DNA of 64,000 nt from NCBI GenBank assembly GCA_977030845.1, contig OZ365113.1:24862001-24926000 (forward strand), in the 5' to 3' direction. This DNA is from Fimbriosthenelais zetlandica. Lineage: Eukaryota. The notes beneath the pieces were generated by a model, which was not told the origin of the DNA, did not search any database, and saw only the letters and a program-made list of their open reading frames with translations. Below, in pieces: positions 13,427-24,400 of the stretch (its first letter is position 1; every line of letters starts with the position of its first letter). Both the position numbers and the translations under genes were made by a program.

Positions 13427-13930
13427 AGTACAGACCTGCCTATCTGCTGATATTAGTACAGACCTATCTATCTGCTGATATTAGTACAGACCTGCCTATC
13501 TGCTGATATTAGTACAGACCTACCTATCTGCTGATATTAGTACAGACCTATCTATCTGCTGATATTAGTACAGACCTATCTATCTGCTGATATTAGTACA
13601 GACCTGCCTATCTGCTGATATTAGTACAGACCTATCTATCTGCTGATATTAGTACAGACCTATCTATCTGCTGATATTAGTACAGACCTACCTATCTGCT
13701 GATATCAGTACAGACCTACCTATCTGCTGATATTAGTACAGACCTACCTATCTGCTGATATTAGTACAGACCTATCTATCTGCTGATATTAGTACAGACC
13801 TACCTATCTACTGATATTAGTACAGACCTACCTATCTACTGATATTAGTACAGACCTACCTATCTACTGATATTAGTACAGACCTACCTATCTACTGATA
13901 TTAGTACAGACCTACCTATCTGCTGATATT
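13427..13930. repeat. Minisatellite, 28-bp unit x18
   Basis: AGTACAGACCTRYCTATCTRCTGATATT; 504 bp equals exactly 18 units, with no spacers. Confidence 0.97.
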
Positions 13931-15306
13931 AGGGAACACTTGTCCACTTATTTGAGACGAAAGTCGCATCACCGCACCATTTTCCATGGGTCCTTGTTAA
14001 CTTAACACGCGGGAATATTTGTAGCCCATGCTTATATATCCTCACTTCCCTGACTTCTGTCTGACCATATATAGACTACCTTTGGTCTCACCAACCCTCT
14101 TCCTTTAACCTTTTCCCCTTGTCCTTTTTTCTATAAGATTTTTATTTATTTTCTCCTGTCGATCTTCAATATATCTGACTTGAATCTCTTTGTTCTTCAC
14201 AGTGTCTGTACCTTTTGTCAACCGTCGGTTCATTCACACTCTACTCAGCCTCCTGTTTTCCCATAGCGTACTCCTAATTAATCTCTTGTTATTGTACACA
14301 TGGGCTTTACTTGAGGCCTCCCGGATCATGAACACCTGGTGGGGATTATTAGAACCATGCTGATTATTAATTAGTTCATGGAATTTTTATTTTTTTTCCT
14401 CGCAACTAGGAACAATTTGCACAACTTGGATGATGCCAGATGACTTCAGTAATAGGCCTGACCATCCCTACCAAAATATTTGTTCAGCAATCAATAAGAA
14501 AAACATCTATAATCTTTTGAAAATTGTTTTACATGATTCCATTCCCTCACTTGGTTTGGCAATTACTCATAATGTCATAAAAATCTTGTTTTGGCTCAAT
14601 ATTTTGTTTTATATGTTGTGTAGAATACATGTACTTGTTTAACTAAATCTAGGAGTATATGTTCTATTTTGTGAAGCCTGATCATGGGGCGTCGCCCTGA
14701 TAGATTCTCTTTCCTGCCACCACCTTCTTGTTATATATAAAAGCAGTGTAAATAGTACCACTATTTCCTCCCTCGGGGAGTGGCTTTTGGGTGTGGTTAT
14801 CTGATGTAAAAATTATATTAATGAACATAATCGGCGTATTTATGGAAAATGTTCCTTCCATAAATCCAGAGAAATTACCATCAGAAATTTATAGCAGTAA
14901 ACAATGCTATATTATTGTATATGACCAGTTCCACCATTTGGTCGACACTCCATCCATAATAAACAATATGATTTTTTCATGAGAAATATCATTTCCTCGC
15001 TATTTTAACCCATTCCAATGATTTTATCAGCGTTTTTTAAGCTGGGGGTACCCTACTTTCATGTAGTTGGACTATTTTTCTTTGAGAAAATACTAAATAA
15101 CTGCATTTTAAGGCCTAAAATGGAGCTGAAAATGGAGCTTTGACCAAAGTATCTAAAAGTAATAGAAGATGAATTAAAAATTATTTGTTTTACCTTAATA
15201 AATAGAACATAAATTATGACTGGTACTGTATGAAATATAAAAAAAATCAATAAACAATATTTAAAAATCAACTAAACCTATTTTTAACTGTAATTTTGAA
15301 TTAAAG

Positions 15307-15728
15307 TATTTTGGGGCAGGTTATGTCGCCATAACGTGATGCCTATGTCTTTTAATCTGTACTACGATGCAAACATGAAGAAAAATAGGAAATGTGACTT
15401 TGGTGTACATACACACTTAGTATAGTATTACTATAATATAATTAAATTTCAAATTTCAAATTTCATGGATTTCTGGCTCTAGGACCCTCAATATGGACTA
15501 ACAAATATTTTTGGGGTAGGCTATGTCTCCATAACGTGATGCACGGTTAAATGTCTGTTATAAACAGTTTATTTATTAGATCAGTGAAAGGCTGTGTGAT
15601 ATTGAAGCTTCTAATTCACCCTAACACCTTCACATAATAATATTCAATGTTTTCTCTAATTATAGATAATTGACAGGGAAAAATCAATGTCACCATAACG
15701 TGATGCATCACGTTATGGGGACACTGTA
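15307..15728. mobile_element. Probable end of a non-autonomous DNA transposon with subterminal repeats and a terminal palindrome
   Basis: CCATAACGTGATGC at 15329, 15529 and 15693. The last is half of a perfect 26-bp palindrome that ends GGGGACACTG|TA. The interior is AT-rich. Confidence 0.45.
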
Positions 15729-16137
15729 AATTATCAATTAATTGAGATGATATTTTAAGCAGAATATATTGAGAAATCTTGGAAGAAATTGCAGAGGAAA
15801 TGTCTCATATAATTTCCTATGCCTAATAGATTTATTACTGAATTTAACTATTTTAACTTGCCTTTTTATATTTTGTCCCACATGTCTTAAATAATATGTG
15901 TTTTATAACTTTATTATGCATTTTCCCTGCATCATATTATGGAGACAATGCTATTTCAATGGAGATTTCGTTAATATCCTGTCATTTGTACAGTTTTTGG
16001 AATTAAGCTGCCAAACTTTGCCAACCGATGCACATAGGCAGTAGGTACATATATAATGAAGATTATTTGACTTGAACCATTTTAAATTATTTTTGATATT
16101 TTGAGCTCGTGTCGACCAAATGGTGGAACTGGTCATA

Positions 16138-16342
16138 TAGTGGAACTCCACATAACGGTCACTTCACTATTGCGGTCACCTCACATAATGTTAAATTATA
16201 ATGATATAACATAAGTTATACTATGCTTGGTACCATTTCTAGTATTTCATGTTTAAATATATATATTCACTAACGCGGCCTACTCGCATATCGACCAGTA
16301 AACCTTGGAACTAAGGGTGACCGTAATAGTGAGGTTCCACTG
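16138..16342. mobile_element. Tc1/mariner-pogo-like MITE
   Basis: TA|TAGTGGAACTCC...GAGGTTCCACTG|TA gives CAGTGGAACCTC-type TIRs with a TA duplication. A related decayed copy lies at ~62379-62537. Confidence 0.7.
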
Positions 16343-17017
16343 TAGATCATTATGTATTATATAATTCCTGAGCGTCTCAAAAAATTATATTTTCAACAAA
16401 ACAACCCGTGAATGTATACCTATAATAACACTGGACTTACAAGTGCAGCTGCCTACTTCTCATATCCGGACGTCGGCTGCCACCTGCCCATCTCTCCCTC
16501 TCTCTCCATCTCTCCTTCTCTCTCTCTAACCACGCCCTTGCTAATTACAGGTATTTCTCCTCCATGTCCAGGTGTTGGTCGCATGGACACTCCATATACT
16601 ACCGGACCACTTATTGTGCTCCACTATTGTCCACCTTCTCCATGGGGGGAGTATTATATCATATATCACAATAAGCCCTCCCGACTATCTCCACCTCCCC
16701 TATACATCCACACAATGATGATTCTTGGTTCAGCTATATCTGATCACGGAATAAAATATAAGTAACTAAATACGTAACTATATTCCATGCAGATGAATTA
16801 TAAAGAGCAGTGCCTCCTACACAGTGCCTCTTACATGTGACTAAGGTTTCGTGAGGATATATATTATATAGTTCTAAAGCTTTGTGTTATTCGTCATCTT
16901 GCTTTAAAGAAACACTCGGAACTCCATTGTTTGGTGTGGCATTTCATGTTTCCTTTTGAATAAAATAAGTTAATCCCAGCTCCCACCGAAACAAGTGAAC
17001 ATAAGACAGCAAAAATT

Positions 17018-17167
17018 ACATCTGAAGATTGAAATTTTGTCAATGGTTAGCCTTACCTAGGTGTAAAGGACTGTTCAATATACAAGCATTTGGTGCGAAT
17101 AGAAATATAGTTTCGGACAGCTATCGGATGGCTCCGGATAGAGAAACGGATTAGAGTATTCCTGGCT
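17018..17167. mobile_element. MITE family B, partial copy (left end missing)
   Basis: Matches the interior and right TIR (GGATTAGAGTATTCCTGGCT|TGA) of the 43509 and 48233 copies. Confidence 0.8.
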
Positions 17168-19672
17168 TGAGACAGGGTGAGTTTTAACAAAACTCACCCT
17201 CCCGAGGCCAGGGTGTAGGGAGGATGAATCTAGCAGATATTAAAGTAATGCCACTGGTCACCCATATCATCATTAGCCTGTCGTTAACTTACTCCTGTAC
17301 CTCTTGTCCAGGCGATTATCCTCGACTGATTAACGTTAACACGCCTGAACGATAACCATTATACACATGCACTAATCTGTAAATACAGCCCCCTATATAA
17401 CTAATCACTAATGATGCTTCCCAATAATGAATCCATCTTAACTATAGGTTAGCACACTGCTCCAGGGCGGTACTTAATTACGTCATCGTATTTGTCTGTT
17501 TCATTAGACATCCATAGAGCGAGCTATGGGGGTAAATATGGCAGTTACTATACAATGGATATAATATTATGTTTATATACGCAATTCATTGCCCCTAAAT
17601 ACACCTTGGCCTAAGGGGATCTTAACCCTCTCCATGCGGCTGAATTATCCCTAAAAATGTCTTTTACAGAAGGGAGGATTTGAGGAAGCGGGAGACAGCT
17701 GAGTGAAACTGAGATGTACGTGTGCGTTGATTGATTCAAACAATATATAAAGCAATCATTCCAAACGATATATGTATATATGATCAAAACAATCATTATA
17801 TACATAGTTAATGGAAGCAATGCATATAGATATACCATCCACACCATTGATTGCATAGAAGAAAAGGCGCGGTGTGCTTAGACAAGAGACTTGAAGCATT
17901 TGCTGAACCTTGTCTTGAGACCCCTTGAGAAAGGCCGCAGCTGTGTGTAGTGCCTACCAGATATGTTTAATGTGTGATTGCTTCATTTATGTGTTGATTC
18001 TAGGCTCAGCGACACTAATGTCCTCTTGTCTCTTGTATTAGGTTATCATTTTTAAAGGGATACATGGGAGTCTAACACACCTCCGATCCCATTCCAGTCC
18101 CACTACCAAGAGAGAACTAATTGTGAGCGATAATTGGTGATTTTCCCATAGACTTCCACTATAAGCAGTGCCAACTTTTATTTGACCCTGGGATCAAAAC
18201 CAATTATTCATGCTGACTGCCCAATTCTCCATCCTTTTGAATTCAAAGTAGTCACAAATATCTGTCTCTGCTTAACATTGAAAGGAAATATTGTGATTCG
18301 TTCAATTTCTATTTACCTCGCATTTATCCCTTTAAATCTCTTTAATGGGTGCCATTGTCGTCCAAGGTCTCATGCCATTGTTATTCTGCATTAACCTAAA
18401 GTACGTTCTTCCAGCCCGGCTTCCTTATAATGTACAGACTTAATGTGTTGTTCAGCCTTTTGTTGTTCATTTCCCCCACTGGGCACCTCTTTTGTTTTAC
18501 TTATAAAGGAGTAAGTAATTTGAAGGGTAGGCCTAAGTTATGCGAGGCGCCCTTAATTAAAGACCCTGGAGGGTGCACTAATTTGGTTTATCAATTTGTT
18601 GAGAACGTTAGGTGATGAAATACCATATAGGTTGTACCTTGTACAATTTAATCTTGTAGAAAAAAGATGACAAATGGTATTTAAAAAGTGATTAATCAGT
18701 GGAACTTAAGGTGATAACCATCTCCGCCAAGATCCGAGAAGACGATCTATAATGTTCCCCTCATATTATCGCTTCAAATTTCTCTGAAGCTGAGACAGCA
18801 TCCAAGATGTGCCTGGTGCAAAAACATTGTGGCCTTATGAACTAGGCGTACTATACCCCCCCCCCCCCCGCCCACACACACACCCTGGCCTAGTGCTAAT
18901 TGATATCCACGCGTCCATTCAACCTCTCCATGTACTTTGTATACCCTGCCTGTAAACACTCTTTCTCACATACTGCCACGTGTCACACCATGCTAATTAA
19001 GGGGCTAGAGGTAATGAGAAAAATCTTGTTTTCATCTCCATTCTCTACAGAGATAAATCAACGCGTCGAATCCTTCTTTATATGCTTGACACATGTAGAT
19101 AATGACATGATAAGGATTCCTTATTTGGTTCTAGTAGTACATTCTAATTAAAATATTTTTGATACTTTATTTTTTTCTTACTTTATATTCCTAAGGGAAT
19201 ATAGAGTATTTAATGTTGTGTAATGGTGGAACAAACATTCTCACCGCCCAGTGCTGCTAACTGGGATATCAAAGTCCAGCCATGTCTCCAATTGTCTATG
19301 GTGAGGGACATGGAAAAGGACCGTTATCATGCATTGCTGTCGTTCAAGAAGAGTGCAGTCATTGTTTTCCGACAGCTTGTTTTCCCTAGTTTTGAGATAG
19401 CTGAAAAATTGCTGACTGGACGTTGAACAATGCACAAGCTTACATTCACAATTTTGACGTGAATAGGGGAGACATCATGAGAGAAAATCCCAGAGAACAA
19501 GTTTCAAGTTGGACTTCAGCGGAGGATAATAAAACCCTCTTACCGGGCGTTCATGATATGCACGCTCGGCCCATTCATCATGTTAATGAATAATGGGCTA
19601 TCTTTCATGTAGAGAGTGAGAGAGGATCGCAGTGAATATGATGGACCGGTGGTGGAGGGTGAGAGAGTTTAC

Positions 19673-19721
19673 CAGGTCGAGAGGCGCCATGGCAAGCGGA
19701 AGTGTCACCGCGCGCATGCGT
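19673..19721 (-). promoter_or_regulatory. Promoter cassette with candidate 18-nt first coding exon (MAPLDL) on the minus strand; possibly bidirectional with the zinc-finger gene
   Basis: Minus strand reads ACGCATGCGCGC (NRF1-like), CACTTCCG (ETS), GCCATGGCG (Kozak; ATG at 19690), then CTG|GTAAAC donor. Confidence 0.5.
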
Positions 19722-21362
19722 GTCAGGCTGGCGAGGTGTGATCGGATGTGTGATTTGGGAGTGGTCACCTGTGCCCCGTGTCATCTTTTGCTTAGTTATT
19801 TTTTTTGTAAATTTGTTTTATTCAGGAGGTGTATTGTTACATATGGTAGATAATTATACATCAAGCCATCTCAGGGCAGAAGAAGCCCTGGTTTTCGTCT
19901 GGCTTCCTAACCTCAAAAAATAATACAATATGCGCGGAGTTGGTTAATCACTGATACATATTCGAGTAAAATTTGTGATTTTGTTAATGCAGAGTGCCCT
20001 GTTTAACATGTAGTGATCTTTTTAATTTGTACGGCAAAAAGTAAATGGCTCGCAAGGCTAGTTTAAAAGACTACTGGTCGTTATAGGAATCCATGCATGT
20101 GACATTTCTATTCTCAAAGCATACACCAAACTTAAGGTTACCTGGTAATATTATATTTTAGTAATAACTAAACAGAGGCCAAATAATAGAAGTACACGTG
20201 CAAACTTTGAAAGTATAACTAAACATCTAATAAAAGATCTAACCCAAGTGTAATGATGCAGATAATTGAAATGAAGCTATAGAACAATGTAACAAAATCC
20301 TATTTTCCATTAGCGATAACATTTTTTTTGTCATGACGTCGGTCTTCCATCTGGTTTCTTGTATCATAGATGAATAACTGGGGATGTTTTGGGATCTTTT
20401 GAAGTGCCATTTCTCTATGTAGGCAATGGCGCTGCCATAGTTTAACAGCTTGTCTGTGCTGGCTATTGTTTTCAGAAAAGATTGTAGACAGTGGCAACTG
20501 CCCGTCATTAACACCTATCAAGCTCTATCACTGTCAGGCAGCTCATTAGATTTGACATGACAGATAAATGTTAAATTAGTGGTTAATGCGGCGGGTCATT
20601 AATCCATATCCTGTGGATTTTGGGTCATATTCTATACTTTCTCAAAGTTTAACTGATATAAGTCTGCCATATATTATAGTTGAATATCATTTTTGCGTCT
20701 GACTTCATATGATCGTTTATTATAATAGATAAACAAGTGTAATATGTGAGATGAATTTAGTGTTAATTGATGTCAAAATTGTGTGTGCAGGTAAATACCT
20801 GCTCCTGCCATGCTCCGTGTTATTTCACTATTATCAGTATCACCATCACCTCCCATATGCGCCTAACCCTCCATCATTATGCCCTATTACCATTAAAATA
20901 AGTGCCCACGCTATTCCTGCTAGTATTCCTTGTTGTCTCACGCGAGCACTGTCCCACATGGACCGTTTTATAATCCAATCTCTGCTTGGAAAAATAACGA
21001 ATAATCTTCATCTTATGTAAAAAGGAGTCTTTTGTAATTCAGTTTGTATACTTAAGCGGGGAAATTATCATACTGGTCGATTTTAAGAAGGTGGCTTTTT
21101 TTCGTTGGGCTCCCCTGGGAGGAGGGTCCTTGGCGTCATGTTAAGTATATAAAAGCTTGTAATGAGAAGCTGAGTGGAAATGGCTTTATAGGGGCTTATA
21201 CATGAAGAAGGGTCCCACATAAACATGTCCTCTAATTATCTGTTTAAACTACCCAGGTGGCAGCTTTGTGTTCCATTTTAATTCATTCAAATGCTTGTTA
21301 TATCTAATGTTATAATTGACATGAGTAATATTTAATGGGCGCGTTTCTATTTCTCTTTACAG

Positions 21363-21460
21363 ATCGTCCAGTGGTGACATCCTGATACATCGATTAATCT
21401 CCAGATGTGATCAAATAAGAACATCCACCAGCATCGCAGAAGTTTACAAGCGAGGAAAAG
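21363..21460 (+). other. Spliced 5' UTR portion of the zinc-finger gene's large exon
   Basis: Acceptor TTTCTATTTCTCTTTACAG| at 21362. An in-frame TGA lies upstream of the ATG at 21461, which has an A at -3 and G at +4. Confidence 0.7.
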
Positions 21461-24400
21461 ATGGCAGAAGACAGCCCTGATGATTACAAGTGCCACTGTG
21501 GTCGGACTTTTAAAAGAAGCACGACATTCAGAAGGCATCAGGAAATAGCCCACTCCACTTCCACTAGTCACAAATGTGCCGAATGTGGGAAAACCTTTGG
21601 CAATGCCAATACATTGACAATGCATATGAGTGTTCATGAGCGCAAGGAAGCATTCACGCGCTTGGTGCGGCCTTCTACCCGTCAAACCCGGTCCTGTACT
21701 AGGAACTGTTTGGAATTAGGCGAGGAAACGCCCAATATCAAATCTAACACAGACACTCTCCCAGTTAGCAATCCAAAAATCTCTTATAAGGACCAACAAA
21801 ATGAGAAGGAAAATCAAAGGGAAAAGCAACCCCAAAATCCCCAGAAAAGAGTTTTATCTCAAAGTAACCGGGAACAATTGAGTGAGAATATTTGCATGAG
21901 TGAGAAGCCATTGAAAATAGCCCGGGTGGTGAAGGAACCCAACTTTTTTAATGGCAAATGCTCCACCAACGGTGGAATTGGGTCACCAGGTATTGACTGC
22001 AGTGTTAGTGGACTTGATAAGCCATTGAGAAACGCTGTAAGTAAGCATAGTGAGGAAAAGTCAGACTCTCAGGACATTAACACAAACAATATTAGCATTA
22101 CAAAGAGGGCAGTCAATGGCGGGGAAGTTAGTTACATAAATGGGGATTTGCCCAGCACTGTGAGTGGTCAGGTGGGAAGCATTGAAAGCAAGAAAGGCAC
22201 GGTGGATAATTGCTCCACTGTTCTGATGCAGTCACACCGAGGGAGGAGACAACATAATAATCAGGCCTCCCAAAAGCAGCAGCCCCAGCAGACTGCAACG
22301 CCCCAGGTAACTCAGCAGCTGGCACGTCGGCGCAGGCAGACCCCCGCAGGTAGCAATAGTGGGGTCCATTCCTCTCCAATCAAGGTTGACTCTGGTCTTA
22401 GCAGCAGCAGCAGCAGCAGCAGCAGTAATAGCTGTAGCATTGGAAAGACCAAGGATGATTCAGAGGCAGATGGAGAAGGACAAATCAGCAGCAGCAGTGG
22501 TATTGGAAGTTCAGCATCGCTCGCTAGCAGTAAGGTGTGCAATGATTCAGACCCAGGTAGCCCAGGTGTGGTGGGGGTAGAAGAGAAGCAGACGCAGCAG
22601 CAGCAGCAGCAGCTGGACAAGCCCTCCTCCCCTTCCTCTCCCTCCTTCCCCATCATTACTACCACATCGACCTCCTCCCCATTGCCTCTACTTTCAACCG
22701 CTGCATCGCCAGCGCTGGCAGCAGTTAGCAATACTGTGACAAGCCATCAGGAGTCTTTACCATCACAAAGCAAGCAGCAGACGCAGCAGCTGCGTTCAAA
22801 GCAGAAGCCAGGTAACAAGGGGGCACTACACAGCACTATCGTTTCTCTCCTTGCATCAGCTCCCATTAACTGCCTCCCTTCTGCTGCTGTTGCCTCCCCC
22901 AACCCCCACCGCCACCCCCAGCCTACCACACTCCCACTTCAGACGCACAAGCAGGGGACATTGGTGGTAGCAGCAGCAGTTGACGCAGCTGCATCAGTAG
23001 ACAAGCAGATAGAGGGAGAGGAGGACAGCATTAGGAGATATACAGCACATCAGCATGGATTGTTAATAAGTAAACCCAAGGAGAAGGACCTCAGCATCAG
23101 CAACCATGCAGGTAGTGAGACCAGTGCCACACTTAACTTAGTTCCTACCACCACATGCGTGGGCTCCAATATTCCACAAGTCTACTTAAAACAGGGGCTA
23201 GCTCCAGCACAATGTGCCTTCTCAGGTATTGTTGGAAATAACACACATCTCCCCTCCATCTCCTCCTCCTCTTCATCCACCTCCCCCTCCCCCTCCTCCT
23301 CCTCAACCTCCATCGAGACACATCGAGACTTGGGGTGTGTGAAGGGGGTTGACACACTTGGCAGCACTTGCTTGGAAGCCTCTGTCTCCAACTGCAAATC
23401 GTCCTTGCCCCCATCTTTCCCCTCAGCCTCCTCCTCTTCCTCTACAGGAACCGCTTACCCTGTCAAAGGACAGCCTTCAAAAAATAGCACACCTACAAAA
23501 AAGGTAACGTCCATTTATACAACTGTCAACCAGCCCTCTCTTGATATCAAAGGCAACAGAAATGTCCACAATAGCAATAATATTGATGTTCTGCAGAAAA
23601 TAGCCCTTACAGACACTGCCTCTGTCAGCACTAATATAAACCTTGGCATTCATGAACATTTGGGGGAATCTATTCAAGTATTACCAGTGGATCCAGTTAG
23701 GATATATCAAACACTAGACCTAGAAGGGAATCTAACGGAGGAACATATTGAACTTGACGAACAAACTCTATTAATATCGAATGATCTAGAGGAGAGTGAC
23801 GACTCTTGTACTATAGTTAACCACGATGATGACCCTTATAGTAGTACAACTCAGGAACATCTACTGTCATCCATTGATATACAAACACTAAGTGGTATTC
23901 ACGCAGGCAAACAATATGTGCTAGTCACTGGCAGTGGGTCGACAACCATAGCAGTGGAGATAGAGTCCCCAGCTTCGCTCATAAACGAGGAAGAATATCC
24001 GGACAGTGTTGGGATAAGTGATGAGGTGGTATTACAAGGGGTCAATTATGATGGAAGCGAAGCAATATCACTACCAGCACGCCCTACTCATCAAGCTGAA
24101 CCAGCAGAGCTCAGAGCACCTCCCAGCGGCCTACATGAGCAGCTAGCAGCTGTTGTGTCCCATCCAGCGCCACCAGGTAGAGCCGCAGAGTCAGAGGAAG
24201 CAGTGAGAGGAGAGGTAGAGGTGGAGGTGGAGGCAGCGGTGACTAGCATAGCAGCGGCAGGGCCAGGTAGTATCAGGAAAAGCTGCCGTGACCGCAAAGA
24301 AAACACTCTGTGGAAGACATTACTCACTGGCAAGGTGTATGAGGAGGTTTTGGACAGTGTGGAGAGTAAGAAGAGGAGGGGAGAGAGTTGCTCAAAAGAT

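Noticed and set aside
13427-13930. 28-bp repeats as a CRISPR array or coding repeat
   Set aside because: There are no spacers, the unit length is not a multiple of 3 and there is no ORF.
19673-19690. MAPLDL as the start of PPP6C (protein phosphatase 6 catalytic subunit)
   Set aside because: The six residues match the human PPP6C N-terminus as I recall it. However, I found no GDIHG, GDFVDRG or RGNHE exons on the minus strand, so no symbol is assigned.
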